DNA of 64,000 nucleotides from Acidimicrobiia bacterium (GCA_041635475.1 JBFKVA010000001.1:64794-128793); one strand, 5' to 3'. Shown: positions 9,508-20,040, counted from the stretch's first letter. Translations and numbers: made by a program. Notes: generated from the sequence alone by a model not told the origin.

Positions 9508-11265
9508 CTACAGGGCGACGGCGGTCAGCTGCCCGATGCCGGCCGTGATCCCCGGGACGAGGCCGTACACCTGGGGCATCAGCTGGGTCGTGTAGAAGGT
9601 GGCGACGCCCACCTTGTCGGGGGCGACGTCCAGGTCCGCTTCCACGGCGGCCGCGGCCGCCGCCACGAGGTACGCCCCTCCCGCCACCTGCGCCAGGAGG
9701 CGGAGGAACGGAGTGGCGCCGGCGAGGACCGACGCGATGTCGTCCCTGCTCCCGGCGATCCACAGTGTCGCCTCCGTCACCTTGGCAACACCTTCGTCGA
9801 GGGACTTGCCCAGCTGTTCGAGCCCTACCGAGCGAGCCGAACCCGCCACCTCCGTCATCCATCCGATGAAGGCTCGAATCACCTCGCCCCCGGCCAGGGG
9901 GAGTTTGCGGCCGACCAGGTCCATGGCCTGGATCCCGTTGGTACCTTCGTAGATGGGGGCGATTCGGCTGTCTCGCCAGTGCTGGGCCACACCGGTCTCC
10001 TCCACATAGCCCATCCCGCCGTGGACCTGGATCGCCAGCGACGTGCACTCGACCCCGAGGTCTGTTCCCCACGCCTTGGAGAGGGGCGTGAGAAGTTGGG
10101 CCCGGCCGTCGGCCTCTTCCCGCACGTCGGGGTCAGGATGGTGGTGTGCGAGGTCGATGTGGGCGGCGTTGTCGTACATGAGGCACCGCATGGCCTCGAT
10201 GTAGGCGCGTTGGGTGAGGAGCATGCGGCGCACATCCGGGTGCTTGATGATGAGGGATTGTTCCCCCTTGGGGGCGCCGAGGGCCGTCCCTTGACGACGC
10301 TCCTTGGCGAATGCCAGCGACTGCTGGTACGCCCGCTCGGCAATGGAGAGACCCTCCACCCCGACGGCTAGGCGGGCCGCGTTCATCATGGTGAACATGT
10401 ACCGCATGCCCGCGTTCTCCTCCCCGACGAGGTAGCCGATGGCGCCCCCCTCCTCCCCAAACGAGAGGACGCACGTCGGCGAGGCGTGGATCCCGAGCTT
10501 GTGCTCGAGCGACACGACCCGGATGTCGTTGCGGTCGCCAAGTGAACCGTCGGGGTTCACGAGGTGTTTCGGAACGATGAACATCGAAATGCCCTTCGTC
10601 CCGGGCGGTGCGTCGGGGGTGCGGGCGAGGACGAGGTGGATGATGTTCTCGGCCATGTCGTGGTCGCCGTAGGTGATGAAGATCTTCTGGCCGGTCACCC
10701 GGTACGTGCCGTCCTCGACGGGTACGGCCTTGGTCGTCACGACCCCGAGATCCGACCCCGCCTGGGGCTCCGTGAGGTTCATCGTGCCGCTCCACTCGCC
10801 GGTGATCATCCGGGGCACGTAGTCGCCGTAGAGCTCCTCGGAGCCGTGGAGGGCGAGGGCCTCGATGGCACCGGCGGTCAACATGGGACACAACGAGAAG
10901 GCCATCGACGCCGAGGTGAGCATCTCCTGGACGGCGATCGAGACGACGTACGGGAAGGCGCCGCCGCCGATCGCCTCCGGGAAGGGCAGGGCGCCCCAGC
11001 CGGCGGCGACGTACTGGGCATACGCCTCCTTGAACCCGTCAGGCGTCACGACGGCACCGTCGACGAGCTTGCTCCCCTGCGTGTCACCAACACGATTGAG
11101 GGGCGCGACGACTTCCTCGAAGAAGCGCGCCGCTTCGAACAGGATGCCGTCGACCATGTCGGGCGTGGCGTGCTCGAAGCCCGGGAGGTCCGTGATACGG
11201 GGAAGGTCGGCAACATGCTCGAGCACGAACTTCATGTCCCCGACGGGTGCGGTGTAGTCGGCCAT
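9508..11265 (-). CDS. acyl-CoA dehydrogenase (long FadE type with C-terminal extension)
   Basis: ACAD motifs (...GTMNLTEPQAGSDLG..., ...YEGTNGIQAMDLVGRKL...). Start taken at MADYTAPVGDMKF. Confidence 0.85.
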   Translation of the reverse strand: MADYTAPVGDMKFVLEHVADLPRITDLPGFEHATPDMVDGILFEAARFFEEVVAPLNRVGDTQGSKLVDGAVVTPDGFKEAYAQYVAAGWGALPFPEAIGGGAFPYVVSIAVQEMLTSASMAFSLCPMLTAGAIEALALHGSEELYGDYVPRMITGEWSGTMNLTEPQAGSDLGVVTTKAVPVEDGTYRVTGQKIFITYGDHDMAENIIHLVLARTPDAPPGTKGISMFIVPKHLVNPDGSLGDRNDIRVVSLEHKLGIHASPTCVLSFGEEGGAIGYLVGEENAGMRYMFTMMNAARLAVGVEGLSIAERAYQQSLAFAKERRQGTALGAPKGEQSLIIKHPDVRRMLLTQRAYIEAMRCLMYDNAAHIDLAHHHPDPDVREEADGRAQLLTPLSKAWGTDLGVECTSLAIQVHGGMGYVEETGVAQHWRDSRIAPIYEGTNGIQAMDLVGRKLPLAGGEVIRAFIGWMTEVAGSARSVGLEQLGKSLDEGVAKVTEATLWIAGSRDDIASVLAGATPFLRLLAQVAGGAYLVAAAAAAVEADLDVAPDKVGVATFYTTQLMPQVYGLVPGITAGIGQLTAVAL

Positions 11266-11339
11266 GGCCCAAATGCTACCCAGCCGGTACGGTCGCGAGG
11301 ACGCACTCAAAGTTCGTCGACCGTGCCCCCGACCCCGGC

Positions 11340-11717
11340 TCAGCGCCGGATGACCGTCCCGGTGAACACGGCGACCAGCCGCTCCTCCGCGTTGCGCACG
11401 ACCACCCGGTAGGTGCCGAGCGTGCGGCCCAGGGTCATCTCTTCGCCGACCGCCACGAGGACATCACCCGGCCCTGCCCGACTGGTGGCCACGAGGTGCG
11501 AATCGATCATCAACGACGGTGACCCGGTCGTGTTGGAGGCCAGGGACAGAACGATGTCCGCCAGGCCGTAGACGACCGCCCCATGGGCGGTTCCTCGGAA
11601 GTTGCAGTGCTGCGGGCCAACGGTCATCCGCACGACGACCGGGTCGTCCGAGAGCAGCTCGGCGCCCAGGTGGGCGGCGAACGGGTCGCGGGCGAGGAGG
11701 TCGGCGGCGCTCGTCAT
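11340..11717 (-). CDS. PaaI-family hotdog thioesterase
   Basis: MTSAADLLARDPFAAHLGAELL...NFRGTAHGAVVYGLADI. The N-terminal 45 aa of the listed ORF is discarded. Confidence 0.7.
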   Translation of the reverse strand: MTSAADLLARDPFAAHLGAELLSDDPVVVRMTVGPQHCNFRGTAHGAVVYGLADIVLSLASNTTGSPSLMIDSHLVATSRAGPGDVLVAVGEEMTLGRTLGTYRVVVRNAEERLVAVFTGTVIRR

Positions 11718-11802
11718 GGCCAAACACCGTAGCCGTTCGCCGGTCCACAACGCACTGTCGCCCGGCCGGGGGCCGGGCGACAGGAATCCAACTCGGTGGC
11801 TG

Positions 11803-12099
11803 CTAGACGAACACCCGGTCCTTGAGGCCCTTGGCGGGTGAGAACTTCGCAACCGTGCGGGCCGCGATCTGGATCTCGGCCCCGGTCTGGGGGTTGCGGC
11901 CCTTGCGGGCGCTCAGGCGACGGGTGCTGAACGACCCGAACCCGGAGATGCTCACCTTGCGGCCGGCGTCCAACTCGACGGCGATGATCCCCTCGCCGTC
12001 CTTGGTCGAGAAGATGATGTCGATGATCTCTGCGGCCTTGGCCTTGCTGATGTCTGCCTTCTTGGCAAGCTTGTCAGCCATCTCGGTCTTGTTCACAGT
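11803..12099 (-). CDS. hup: HU family DNA-binding protein
   Basis: VNKTEMADKLAKKADISKAKAAEIIDIIF...GFGSFSTRRLSARKGRNPQTGAEIQI. GTG start. Confidence 0.85.
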   Translation of the reverse strand, partial: TVNKTEMADKLAKKADISKAKAAEIIDIIFSTKDGEGIIAVELDAGRKVSISGFGSFSTRRLSARKGRNPQTGAEIQIAARTVAKFSPAKGLKDRVFV

Positions 12100-12236
12100 C
12101 CGCCCCTCCATGTGGTCGGTCGGCTACTTCTGGGATCCGAACTCCGGATCGTATGGATGTAAGTTAGACGGAATCGCCCGAAATCATGGGCTTTCGCTTG
12201 ACCGGGGTCTCCGGCCGGTCCACCTACACTGCCAAG

Positions 12237-15200
12237 ATGGACCAGCTGGATCGATCGGCCGAGGAGATCATCACCCGACTGGCCGATCCGGCGATTACCC
12301 GGGGCAGCCTCGATGACCTCCTCGAGAGTGTTGTCACGACCACCAAGGGCAAGGTCGTCCTTGGGCGGCGGCTGGCCTCGATCCCGACCGGGGAGTCCAG
12401 CCTTCGCCGCCTGGCGGCCCTTGCCGGCAGCCCCCACTTGGCGGTGCACCTCACCGAGGTCGACGGAGAACGCCAGGCGGCGATCCTGCGGCGGGACGCG
12501 ATCCTCAACGCACTGCTCACCAACACCGCGACGATCGTCGTCGGGCTGGAGCCGAACGGTCGCATCGGGTTCTGCAACGCCGCCGCCACCGATGCCGCCG
12601 GTCTCGTCACCGGGGACTCCATCATCACGTTTGCCGCCTCCTTCAACCAGGCGGAGCTGAACCGGGTCCTTGGCGAGTTCGCCCAGGGTGCCGACCGGGC
12701 CCATTGGTCGGTCGAGTTGGACACGGCCAGTGCCGGGACGCGCTCGTTCGACTTCTCGATGATCGCCAACCGCGTCGACGACGACGTCGTGTCGTTCTCG
12801 GTGATCGGGTACGACGTCACGGAGCTGAGGGCAGTCGAACGGGCACTGGACGAGGGCCGAGCGTTCTTGCAGATGGTGCTCGACGCCTCCCCCGATGTCA
12901 TTCAGTTCACGGACCCGGACGGGCGCATGGTTCTCATGAACGCGGCAGCCAAGGCGCTCTTTCCCGAACCCGAGCAACGCCGCCTCTTCGCCTTGGACGG
13001 ACGTCCCCTCGAGCCGAGCGAATTCCCCTCTCGCATGACCCTCGCCACCGGCGAACCCGTGTTCGCCCGGGTCCTGACCGAGACCGACACCGGTGCTCGT
13101 CGGCTGTGGGAGGCACACGCCAGGCCCACGTACGCCGACAACGGCGAGCTGTTGGGATCGGTGACCGTGAGCCGCGACATGACCGAGGCGGCCGAGCTCA
13201 CCGCCGCCGACGTCGAACGCCAGGCGTTCGTTCGCTCTCTCCTCCGGTCGACGGCCGACGCGGTGGTGGCCGTCGACAGCAAGCTCAACGTCCAGTACGT
13301 CAACCCGCGCGCCTCCGAGTTCTTCGGGTACCTGGCCGAAGGGTCGAGCATTCTCGACGCCCCCTCCGACATCGTCGCCGTCGACGGTGCGGCGCCCTCT
13401 CCCGAGAACCTCCCGCTGGAGCGGGCGTTGCGGGGCGAGGAGAACGTCGTCGTCGAGTTGGAGGTGCGGGGCCCGGACCAGCGGCTCATCCTGGCGGGGC
13501 TCACCAACCCGATCCGCGACGCGGACGGCGACGTCATCGGGGCGGTGGGCGTCTACCGGGATGTGACGGAGCAGCAGAGGGCCACGAGACGGGAAGCAGC
13601 CCGCATCCAGTTCACGCTCCAGATGCTGGACTCCATGAGCGAGCCGCTGGCCGCGCTCAACATCCTCACCGACGAGGAGTACCTCAACTCGGCTGCCCGC
13701 AACCTCGGGATTCCCGGGCCCGGGTCGGACCTGCCCCTGCCGTTCACCCGCCCGGACGGCGCCCCTCTTGACGAGGGGATCCTCTTCGAGGCGATGAGCG
13801 GACGCCCACGGGAGCGATTCGAGATGGTGCACAAGGAGACGGGCCGGGTCTTCGTCGCCTCCGTTCGGGGCATCGAGACCGAGGACGGCGTCCTCGGCGG
13901 CGTGCTCACCGCCCGGGACATCACCGAGTTGCGCGAGGCGTTCCAACAGCTCGAGGTCCAGTCGGCGGCCATGGACGCCACGATCACGGCCATGTTCATC
14001 ACCGACGCCGAGGGCACGATCGAATGGGTCAACGCCGCCTTCACCCGTCTCACCGGCTACACGGCCGAGGAGGCGATCGGGGAGAACCCCCGCATCCTCA
14101 AGTCCGGTGTCCAGCCTCCCGAGCACTTCACGGAGATGTGGCAGACGATCCTCTCGGGTCGGGCCTGGCAGGGGCGGCTCACGAACCGCACCGCCGACGG
14201 TCGCAACGTCGTGGTGGACCTGTGGGTGACGCCCGTGGTGGACGCGAACGGCGACATCACCCATTTCGTGGCGGTGCAGGACGACGTCACGTCGGAGGTG
14301 GAGGCCGAGGAGATCATCCTCCACATGGCGACGCACGACGCCCTCACCGACCTTCCCAACCGCCGCCTCTTCCTCGAACACCTCGACCAGGCGATCGCCC
14401 GGGCCGAGCGGTCGAACGGATCGCTGGGGGTCCTCATGCTTGACCTCGACAAGTTCAAGGACGTCAACGACGCCCTCGGGCACCCGGCCGGCGACAGCCT
14501 GCTGCGTGAGGTGGCCAAGCGACTGCTGTCGCGGGTGCGTGGCACGGATGTCGTTGCGAGGCTCGGCGGGGACGAGTTCGCCATCATCGTCGACGACGCC
14601 GACCTTGAGGGCACCCGGGTCGTCGCCCGGGACATCATCGTGGCGCTGTCCAGGGAGTTCCAGATCCTTCGCCACGAGGTCCGGTCGGGAACCACGATCG
14701 GGCTGGCGATGTACTCCCCCGGCACGACCGCCGAACAACTCCTCGACCGGGCGGACCTGGCCCTCTACGCGGCGAAGGACAAGGAGCGGGGCACGTTGGA
14801 GGTGTATGTGCCCGAGATGGGCGAGCAGACCAGGCAGCGGGCCGAGATGGCATCGGAGTTGCGCCGAGCGATCGCCAACGAGGAGCTCACCCTCGAGTAC
14901 CAGCCGATCTTCGACATCGAAAGCGGGAGTGTCACGTCGATCGAGGCGCTCGTGCGTTGGGTGCGGGAGGACGGTTCCATCCTGTACCCCTCCGGCTTCC
15001 TGGGCCCGGCGGCGGAGTCGGGCCTTCTTCCCAGTCTCGGACGCTGGGTGCTCGACGCCGTGTGTTCGCAGGCGTCGGAGTGGGCGCGGGAGGGGCGCTC
15101 CCCACCCCCGATCGCCATCAACGTGTCCCCCCAGGAGCTGCGCAGCAAGGGCTGGGGGCGCCTGCTGTCCCAGGCCCTCACCCGGGCCAGGATCGGGCCG

Positions 15201-15632
15201 TCCGCCCTGGCCATCGAGGTGACCGAGGCGGGCCTCCTCGTCGCCGCCGATGACAACCTGGCGATGCTCTCGGACCTGCGGGCCCGGGGCCTCCATCTCA
15301 CGCTCGACGACTTCGGGACCGGGGCCTCATCCCTTCAGCACTTCCGCCGTCTCCCCGTCGACCGGATCAAGATCGACCGCCTCTTCGTCCACGACGTCAA
15401 CCGCGAAGTCTCCTCAGGAGCCATCGTCAAGGCGAGCGCCCTCCTGGCGGACTCGGTCGGGGCCAAGCTCGTGGCCAAGGGCGCCGAGTCGGTCGAACAG
15501 CTCTCGGCGGTGCGCCGGCTGGGCGCCAAGGAAGTGCAGGGTTTCGTCCTCGAGCGCCCCCTGAGTGCCTCGGAGATCGCGGCCCTCTTCCACGTCGACC
15601 ACCCGATCCTGTCCGCCGGTCTCCCCGACTGA
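12237..15632 (+). CDS. multi-PAS sensor diguanylate cyclase/phosphodiesterase (PAS x4-5, GGDEF, EAL)
   Basis: 1130+ aa with GGDEFAIIV and an EAL block (IEALVRW...). Multiple PAS/PAC repeats; several carry heme/FAD-like signatures. Confidence 0.85.
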   Translation: MDQLDRSAEEIITRLADPAITRGSLDDLLESVVTTTKGKVVLGRRLASIPTGESSLRRLAALAGSPHLAVHLTEVDGERQAAILRRDAILNALLTNTATIVVGLEPNGRIGFCNAAATDAAGLVTGDSIITFAASFNQAELNRVLGEFAQGADRAHWSVELDTASAGTRSFDFSMIANRVDDDVVSFSVIGYDVTELRAVERALDEGRAFLQMVLDASPDVIQFTDPDGRMVLMNAAAKALFPEPEQRRLFALDGRPLEPSEFPSRMTLATGEPVFARVLTETDTGARRLWEAHARPTYADNGELLGSVTVSRDMTEAAELTAADVERQAFVRSLLRSTADAVVAVDSKLNVQYVNPRASEFFGYLAEGSSILDAPSDIVAVDGAAPSPENLPLERALRGEENVVVELEVRGPDQRLILAGLTNPIRDADGDVIGAVGVYRDVTEQQRATRREAARIQFTLQMLDSMSEPLAALNILTDEEYLNSAARNLGIPGPGSDLPLPFTRPDGAPLDEGILFEAMSGRPRERFEMVHKETGRVFVASVRGIETEDGVLGGVLTARDITELREAFQQLEVQSAAMDATITAMFITDAEGTIEWVNAAFTRLTGYTAEEAIGENPRILKSGVQPPEHFTEMWQTILSGRAWQGRLTNRTADGRNVVVDLWVTPVVDANGDITHFVAVQDDVTSEVEAEEIILHMATHDALTDLPNRRLFLEHLDQAIARAERSNGSLGVLMLDLDKFKDVNDALGHPAGDSLLREVAKRLLSRVRGTDVVARLGGDEFAIIVDDADLEGTRVVARDIIVALSREFQILRHEVRSGTTIGLAMYSPGTTAEQLLDRADLALYAAKDKERGTLEVYVPEMGEQTRQRAEMASELRRAIANEELTLEYQPIFDIESGSVTSIEALVRWVREDGSILYPSGFLGPAAESGLLPSLGRWVLDAVCSQASEWAREGRSPPPIAINVSPQELRSKGWGRLLSQALTRARIGPSALAIEVTEAGLLVAADDNLAMLSDLRARGLHLTLDDFGTGASSLQHFRRLPVDRIKIDRLFVHDVNREVSSGAIVKASALLADSVGAKLVAKGAESVEQLSAVRRLGAKEVQGFVLERPLSASEIAALFHVDHPILSAGLPD

Positions 15633-15690
15633 CCGTCTGCGTACCCCGGGGGGTATAGACTGGGACGACCAGAACCTCCAGGAGAGCGAC

Positions 15691-16131
15691 ATGGACCCGT
15701 TTCCACATCACTACCGCGTTTCGGCCACCGGCGGACCCCAGGGGGCCATTTCGCACGGCGGCGATCTTCCGCCACTCCTTGGCAACGCCCCCGCCCAGTT
15801 CGGCGGTCCCGGCGATCAGTGGTCGCCGGAGGAACTCCTGGCGGCGGCCGTCGCCGACTGCTTCATCCTCACCTTCCGGGCGGTGGCAGCGGCATCGGGG
15901 CTGACCTGGACGTCGCTGTCGTGTCGGGCAGAGGGTCTCCTCGAGCGGATCGACAGGGTGACCCGCTTCACCCGTTTCGACGTCCACGTCGAACTCGAGG
16001 TGCTGGAAGGTTCCGACCCGGAGCGGGTTGCCCGCCTCCTCGAGAAGTCCGAGGCCGGCTGCATCATCACCAACTCGATGAACACCCAGGTGATCCTCCA
16101 CCCCACGGTCACGTACGCCGCCGCTGGGTGA
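15691..16131 (+). CDS. OsmC/Ohr family peroxiredoxin-like protein
   Basis: MDPFPHHYRV...DCFILTFR...GCIITNSM OsmC fold motifs with the two conserved Cys. Confidence 0.75.
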   Translation: MDPFPHHYRVSATGGPQGAISHGGDLPPLLGNAPAQFGGPGDQWSPEELLAAAVADCFILTFRAVAAASGLTWTSLSCRAEGLLERIDRVTRFTRFDVHVELEVLEGSDPERVARLLEKSEAGCIITNSMNTQVILHPTVTYAAAG

Positions 16132-16254
16132 TGGCCCCGGCGACCCGGAGACTGTCCCGGGACGCCGTGTCCCGGACGGATCGGGACGCCGTCATCTTCC
16201 CGGCATCCCCCGCATCATGGACCATCGCAGTCGAGCGAGAAGGTCTCGCGGGAG

Positions 16255-16968
16255 GTGAATGAGATGAGCACCCGTGTCCAGAAACCCGATCGGGACACCC
16301 ACAAACCGGACCGGTGGGGATCCATGGCCGGGATGCTGTGGTTCCTCGGCTTCGCCGCCGCGGTGGCCTTGGGGCCATCCGGCTCTCCCGTCGTTGAATC
16401 ACCGGTGGCAGAACTCCGCGCCTGGTACGGCGTCGTGCAGCCTGACAACCAGCTCGGTGGCGCCATTCTGATCCTCGCGATCGGCGCCCTCATCTGGTTC
16501 ACCGGGAGTCTCCGTCGGGCCATCGACCGCGTCGAGCCGGATGGGAGGCTGGCGGGCATTGCGGCCGTGGCCGGTGTGGTGGCAGCCACCCTGCTCCTTG
16601 CCGGAGTCGCCCACACCATCCAATGGGCCATGTTCGCCGACTCCTTGGCGGGGCTCGACGACGCCTCCCTGACGGTCTTTCACCTCGGCCTCATGAACTC
16701 CAGCGGACTCACGGGGGTGGCGACGATCGCCTGGGGCATCATGGCCCTGGCGGTGGCCGTGGCCGGCTTTCGTCACGGGTTCGGTTCGCGGTGGATGGCC
16801 TGGGTGGCAGCCGTCACTGCCGGCACGTCACTGCTCGGTGTGCTCAACGTCATCCAGCCGACCGAAGACAGTCTCGGTGCCATCTTCTGGTTTGCCGGCT
16901 TCCTTCTGTTCCCGATTTGGATCGGGCTCCTCAGCGTCCAGGTGACCCGGGAGAACCGGAGGACCTGA
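16255..16968 (+). CDS. hypothetical integral membrane protein (6 TM)
   Basis: Hydrophobic 237-aa ORF. Start ambiguous among three in-frame Met. Confidence 0.55.
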   Translation: MNEMSTRVQKPDRDTHKPDRWGSMAGMLWFLGFAAAVALGPSGSPVVESPVAELRAWYGVVQPDNQLGGAILILAIGALIWFTGSLRRAIDRVEPDGRLAGIAAVAGVVAATLLLAGVAHTIQWAMFADSLAGLDDASLTVFHLGLMNSSGLTGVATIAWGIMALAVAVAGFRHGFGSRWMAWVAAVTAGTSLLGVLNVIQPTEDSLGAIFWFAGFLLFPIWIGLLSVQVTRENRRT

Positions 16969-16977
16969 CCGCCGACG

Positions 16978-17024
16978 GGTGCGCCCCCGGCGACCACGAC
17001 CCTTTTCTCACGCGGGGGCGCACC
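16978..17024 (+). terminator. 12-bp perfect-stem hairpin after the membrane protein gene
   Basis: ggtgcgcccccg ...23 nt... cgggggcgcacc. Confidence 0.4.
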
Positions 17025-17305
17025 ACGACGACGAAGGTGCCCCTGGTCGCGCGACCGGCGACCGGTTGAACCGGGCTCATTCCTGACTTCGCATCCCCGT
17101 GCCTGACACCTGACGCGACTCAGCCGGGCCGAACATCTCCTCGACGCGGCCCGTGAGCGTGTCCATCGACGCCAGGGACCCGGCGTCCCGCCGGATCGGG
17201 ACGTCTGCATCTTCCCCGCCGTCCGCCGATCGGCGACAGTCCCGCCATGGGGTGGGAAGGACCGCCCCCGGGCATCCCGGCACGGCCGGGAGGAAAGGAT
17301 CGAAC

Positions 17306-17737
17306 ATGGGCAGGAGACTCACGACGGTCGGGGCACTGGTGGCGGCGTTCACGCTGCTCATCGCCGTCCCCGCCTCAGCCGACCACTGCATCAACCTCAA
17401 CAAGAAGCCGTTGGCCGGGGCGCAGATCGTCTTCGGCCCGGAGGGCGATCCGATCACCGGTATCGTCTGGATGACCAACGGGCTCGAGAAGCGGGCCGCC
17501 AAGGGCCTCGTCGACTTGGTGACCGGGGAGGGGTTCAACGGCCTGATCGGGTTGATGCCGGGGTCCATCCCGGGCGTTGACGACGCGATCACGATCTACA
17601 TCGTCGGCCCGGACACCGGCGTGGACTACCCGGAGCGGGCCCTCCCCCACCAGGCGATGGAGCGCGGCTCGCCCGACCACGGCATCGTCGACATCTGCGA
17701 CCACTACGCAGGATTGTGCGAGCCTCCGCCGGAGTAG
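17306..17737 (+). CDS. secreted hypothetical protein (signal peptide, 4 Cys)
   Basis: MGRRLTTVGALVAAFTLLIAVPASA signal peptide. Good GGAGGA RBS upstream. Confidence 0.6.
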   Translation: MGRRLTTVGALVAAFTLLIAVPASADHCINLNKKPLAGAQIVFGPEGDPITGIVWMTNGLEKRAAKGLVDLVTGEGFNGLIGLMPGSIPGVDDAITIYIVGPDTGVDYPERALPHQAMERGSPDHGIVDICDHYAGLCEPPPE

Positions 17738-17889
17738 CCCGGACCACGGTGCCCGAGACACCAGTGGGCCCCCCGCTGCCGGGGGGCCTACTCGTGGAAC
17801 GCCACTCTCCGGCCACGGCGTGGCCCACGTGTCCCATCTGCCATGGCGGGACCCGGCCCCGGTCGCTCCGGAAACCCGCAGCTGGGGTG

Positions 17890-18117
17890 CTAGCGGCTCC
17901 CGTAGGCCTTGGCGCAGGAACGCTTGCCCTTGGCCGAGTCCAGGTAGCCCTCGGGCTGCTCGTAGGGGATGGGAACGCCGAGTCCCAGGGAGGTGTGGGC
18001 CAGGGCCACCTCCTCCTGGTGGGTGGCGCACCACTGGCGCTCCTCCTCGGACAGTGCGGTGTCGCCGCACGCGGCGAGCATGACGACGCAGGCAATGATC
18101 ACGGTGACTCTTCGCAT
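17890..18117 (-). CDS. small lipoprotein (hypothetical)
   Basis: MRRVTVIIACVVMLAACGD lipobox, 75 aa. Confidence 0.5.
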   Translation of the reverse strand: MRRVTVIIACVVMLAACGDTALSEEERQWCATHQEEVALAHTSLGLGVPIPYEQPEGYLDSAKGKRSCAKAYGSR

Positions 18118-18296
18118 GCCCCCAACCTAATCAGGCATCGTGGAGGACGTCGTCCGCGGAGGGGTACTCGCGCCTATCCGGTCCACCGTCGCCGTCGTTG
18201 CCGGTCAGTCGGCCATCCGCTCGTCGGAACCACCCCGAGCGCGCAGGCGCCAGCCCTGCACGGCTGAAGGAGCGCATCGCGTCTCGCGCGTGATCG

Positions 18297-18740
18297 ATGG
18301 ATGGCTCCACGTTCGGGTTGAATGGGGGCGTGACTGTCAGGATGCTGGATCGAGGGGACGAGGCGATGGTCCGGTCCGTGCTGACTCGCTTCAAGGCATA
18401 CCCGACGACCGATCCCGAGGAGTTCCTCGCCGATCCGCGAACCCTCCTGTTCGTGGCCGACGACGGCGGGACACCGGTCGGCTGGCTCTACGCCTACGAG
18501 CTGGTCCGACCGGAAGGGCGACGTGCCATGCTTCTGTACGAGCTGGAGGTGGCCCCCGAAGCTCGCAGGCGTGGTCACGGGCGGGCGCTGTTGGAGGCGC
18601 TGCTCACAGAAGCCCGGGCACGAGGCCATCTGCGGGTCTGGGTGCTCACCGAGCCGGACAACGAAGCAGCAGCGGCCCTCTACGCCGCAACGGGAGGTGC
18701 AGGATCGACGCGGGTGATGTTCACCTGGGCCCTGCCGTAG
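18297..18740 (+). CDS. GNAT family N-acetyltransferase
   Basis: Acetyl-CoA binding motif RRRGHGRALLEAL. Confidence 0.75.
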   Translation: MDGSTFGLNGGVTVRMLDRGDEAMVRSVLTRFKAYPTTDPEEFLADPRTLLFVADDGGTPVGWLYAYELVRPEGRRAMLLYELEVAPEARRRGHGRALLEALLTEARARGHLRVWVLTEPDNEAAAALYAATGGAGSTRVMFTWALP

Positions 18741-18767
18741 AGAACTGGCCGGGACAGGCGCGAGCCG

Positions 18768-18823
18768 CCGTGCGGGAACTCGAACGCCTCGCCCGCAGGC
18801 AAGCAACCAAGCCAGCCGGAAGC
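18768..18823 (-). repeat. decayed tRNA-Leu 3'-half-like repeat (copy A of family X)
   Basis: Minus-strand reading ...ttgcctgcgggcgaggcgttcgagttcccgcacggcgg resembles the variable-arm plus T-arm of tRNA-Leu(CAA). Similar to copies at 21531-21637. Confidence 0.5.
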
Positions 18824-18873
18824 GCCGGCGATGGTGCAGGAGTGAAGTACCGTCGTTCGACGCCGAACGGCCC

Positions 18874-20040
18874 TCAGGCCTCGGGCTCCGCGTGCAGACC
18901 GAGGCGTTGGATGCGGCGATGCTCGATGACCAGCACCGCGAACATCACAACGACGACAAGCGTCAACAGGTTCAGGCCCTCGAGCGGCGCTCCCACGAAG
19001 ATCAGGCCGGCAATGACCAAGGCACCCACCAGCCGCTCCCGCGCCTGGGCCCGAAAGGCACGCCAGACTGCAAGGTAGACCCCGATCAAGAAGAGGAACA
19101 GGCCGGCGGCCATCATGAGTCGGAACTCGAGAGGGACGGCGTCGCGCGGGTGCAGCACGATCTCCTCGAGCGCGGCCGCAGCCAGGATGACGCCTGCGAC
19201 GATGGGGGCATGGGCCCAGGTGTACACGTCTCGGATGAACCGACCAGCCGTTCGGCTATCGAGGTTGGTTGCGGCATACTCGAGCCCGGGGCTGGGCCGA
19301 TCGAAGTAGGCCCACCACAACGCCCCGGCGAATGCGCCGGACGCAAGCAGCGCCGAAACCGATGCCAGCGACAGGCTGTCGTTCTTCTCCAGGGCGGCAA
19401 CGACGGGAATACCGATGGCAACGATGACTTCGCCCAGCGCGACGATGATGATCAGCCCGTGACGCTCGGCGAAGTGGCCTGGACGCACCAGCCACTCGCT
19501 GTCGGCGGCCCTGACCATGGCCCACAGCACGATGGCTACGGTGCCAAGCCAGAACGCCAGCCGAGAAGTGCCGTCGTAGAAGGACCCCACGACCAGCACC
19601 AGGATGGCAACGACATTGGGAGCGATCCAGGTGAGAGCCGCAGAGCGATAGTCGACCTCATCGGTCGTGCCCATCGTCTGCATACGGAACCCAATGAGCA
19701 TGATGCCAGTGAGAGCGATCGCAAACACTGGTCCGCCCCCAGCGAACGCGGTCGAAGTGGAAGCCGCCATCGGGATACTGACCACCGTGGCAATGAGAAA
19801 AAGGATGCGCACCGGCCGCCCGTTGCCCGATATTGCGTTCGCCGCCCAGGTCAGCTGCTGCCACGGCAGCCACAGCAAAGCAAACAGCAACGCGGCCTTG
19901 CCCGCCCCCGCCCATGTGGGCTCGTCGATGAGAAGGGCCACGAGTTGCGAGAACGCGAATACGTAGGCCAGGTCGAAGAAGAGCTCAACGGGATCTGCCG
20001 TGAAATCCTCGGTGAGCGGAGGGAGTTCTATGCCCTTCAT
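18874..20040 (-). CDS. low-temperature-requirement LtrA family membrane protein
   Basis: ~388 aa with multiple TM segments. Motifs ELFFDLAYVFAFSQL and ERHGLIIIVALGE typical of the LtrA family. Confidence 0.75.
   Translation of the reverse strand: MKGIELPPLTEDFTADPVELFFDLAYVFAFSQLVALLIDEPTWAGAGKAALLFALLWLPWQQLTWAANAISGNGRPVRILFLIATVVSIPMAASTSTAFAGGGPVFAIALTGIMLIGFRMQTMGTTDEVDYRSAALTWIAPNVVAILVLVVGSFYDGTSRLAFWLGTVAIVLWAMVRAADSEWLVRPGHFAERHGLIIIVALGEVIVAIGIPVVAALEKNDSLSLASVSALLASGAFAGALWWAYFDRPSPGLEYAATNLDSRTAGRFIRDVYTWAHAPIVAGVILAAAALEEIVLHPRDAVPLEFRLMMAAGLFLFLIGVYLAVWRAFRAQARERLVGALVIAGLIFVGAPLEGLNLLTLVVVVMFAVLVIEHRRIQRLGLHAEPEA

Noticed and set aside
8551-10371. 606-aa plus-strand ORF
   Set aside because: Antisense to the acyl-CoA dehydrogenase gene and the 3' end of the MFS transporter. 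Arg/Pro/Gly-rich junk translation.
12093-15296. 1067-aa ORF on the minus strand
   Set aside because: Entirely antisense to the well-supported PAS-GGDEF-EAL gene. Pro/Arg/Gly-rich low-complexity translation typical of antisense frames of high-GC3 genes.
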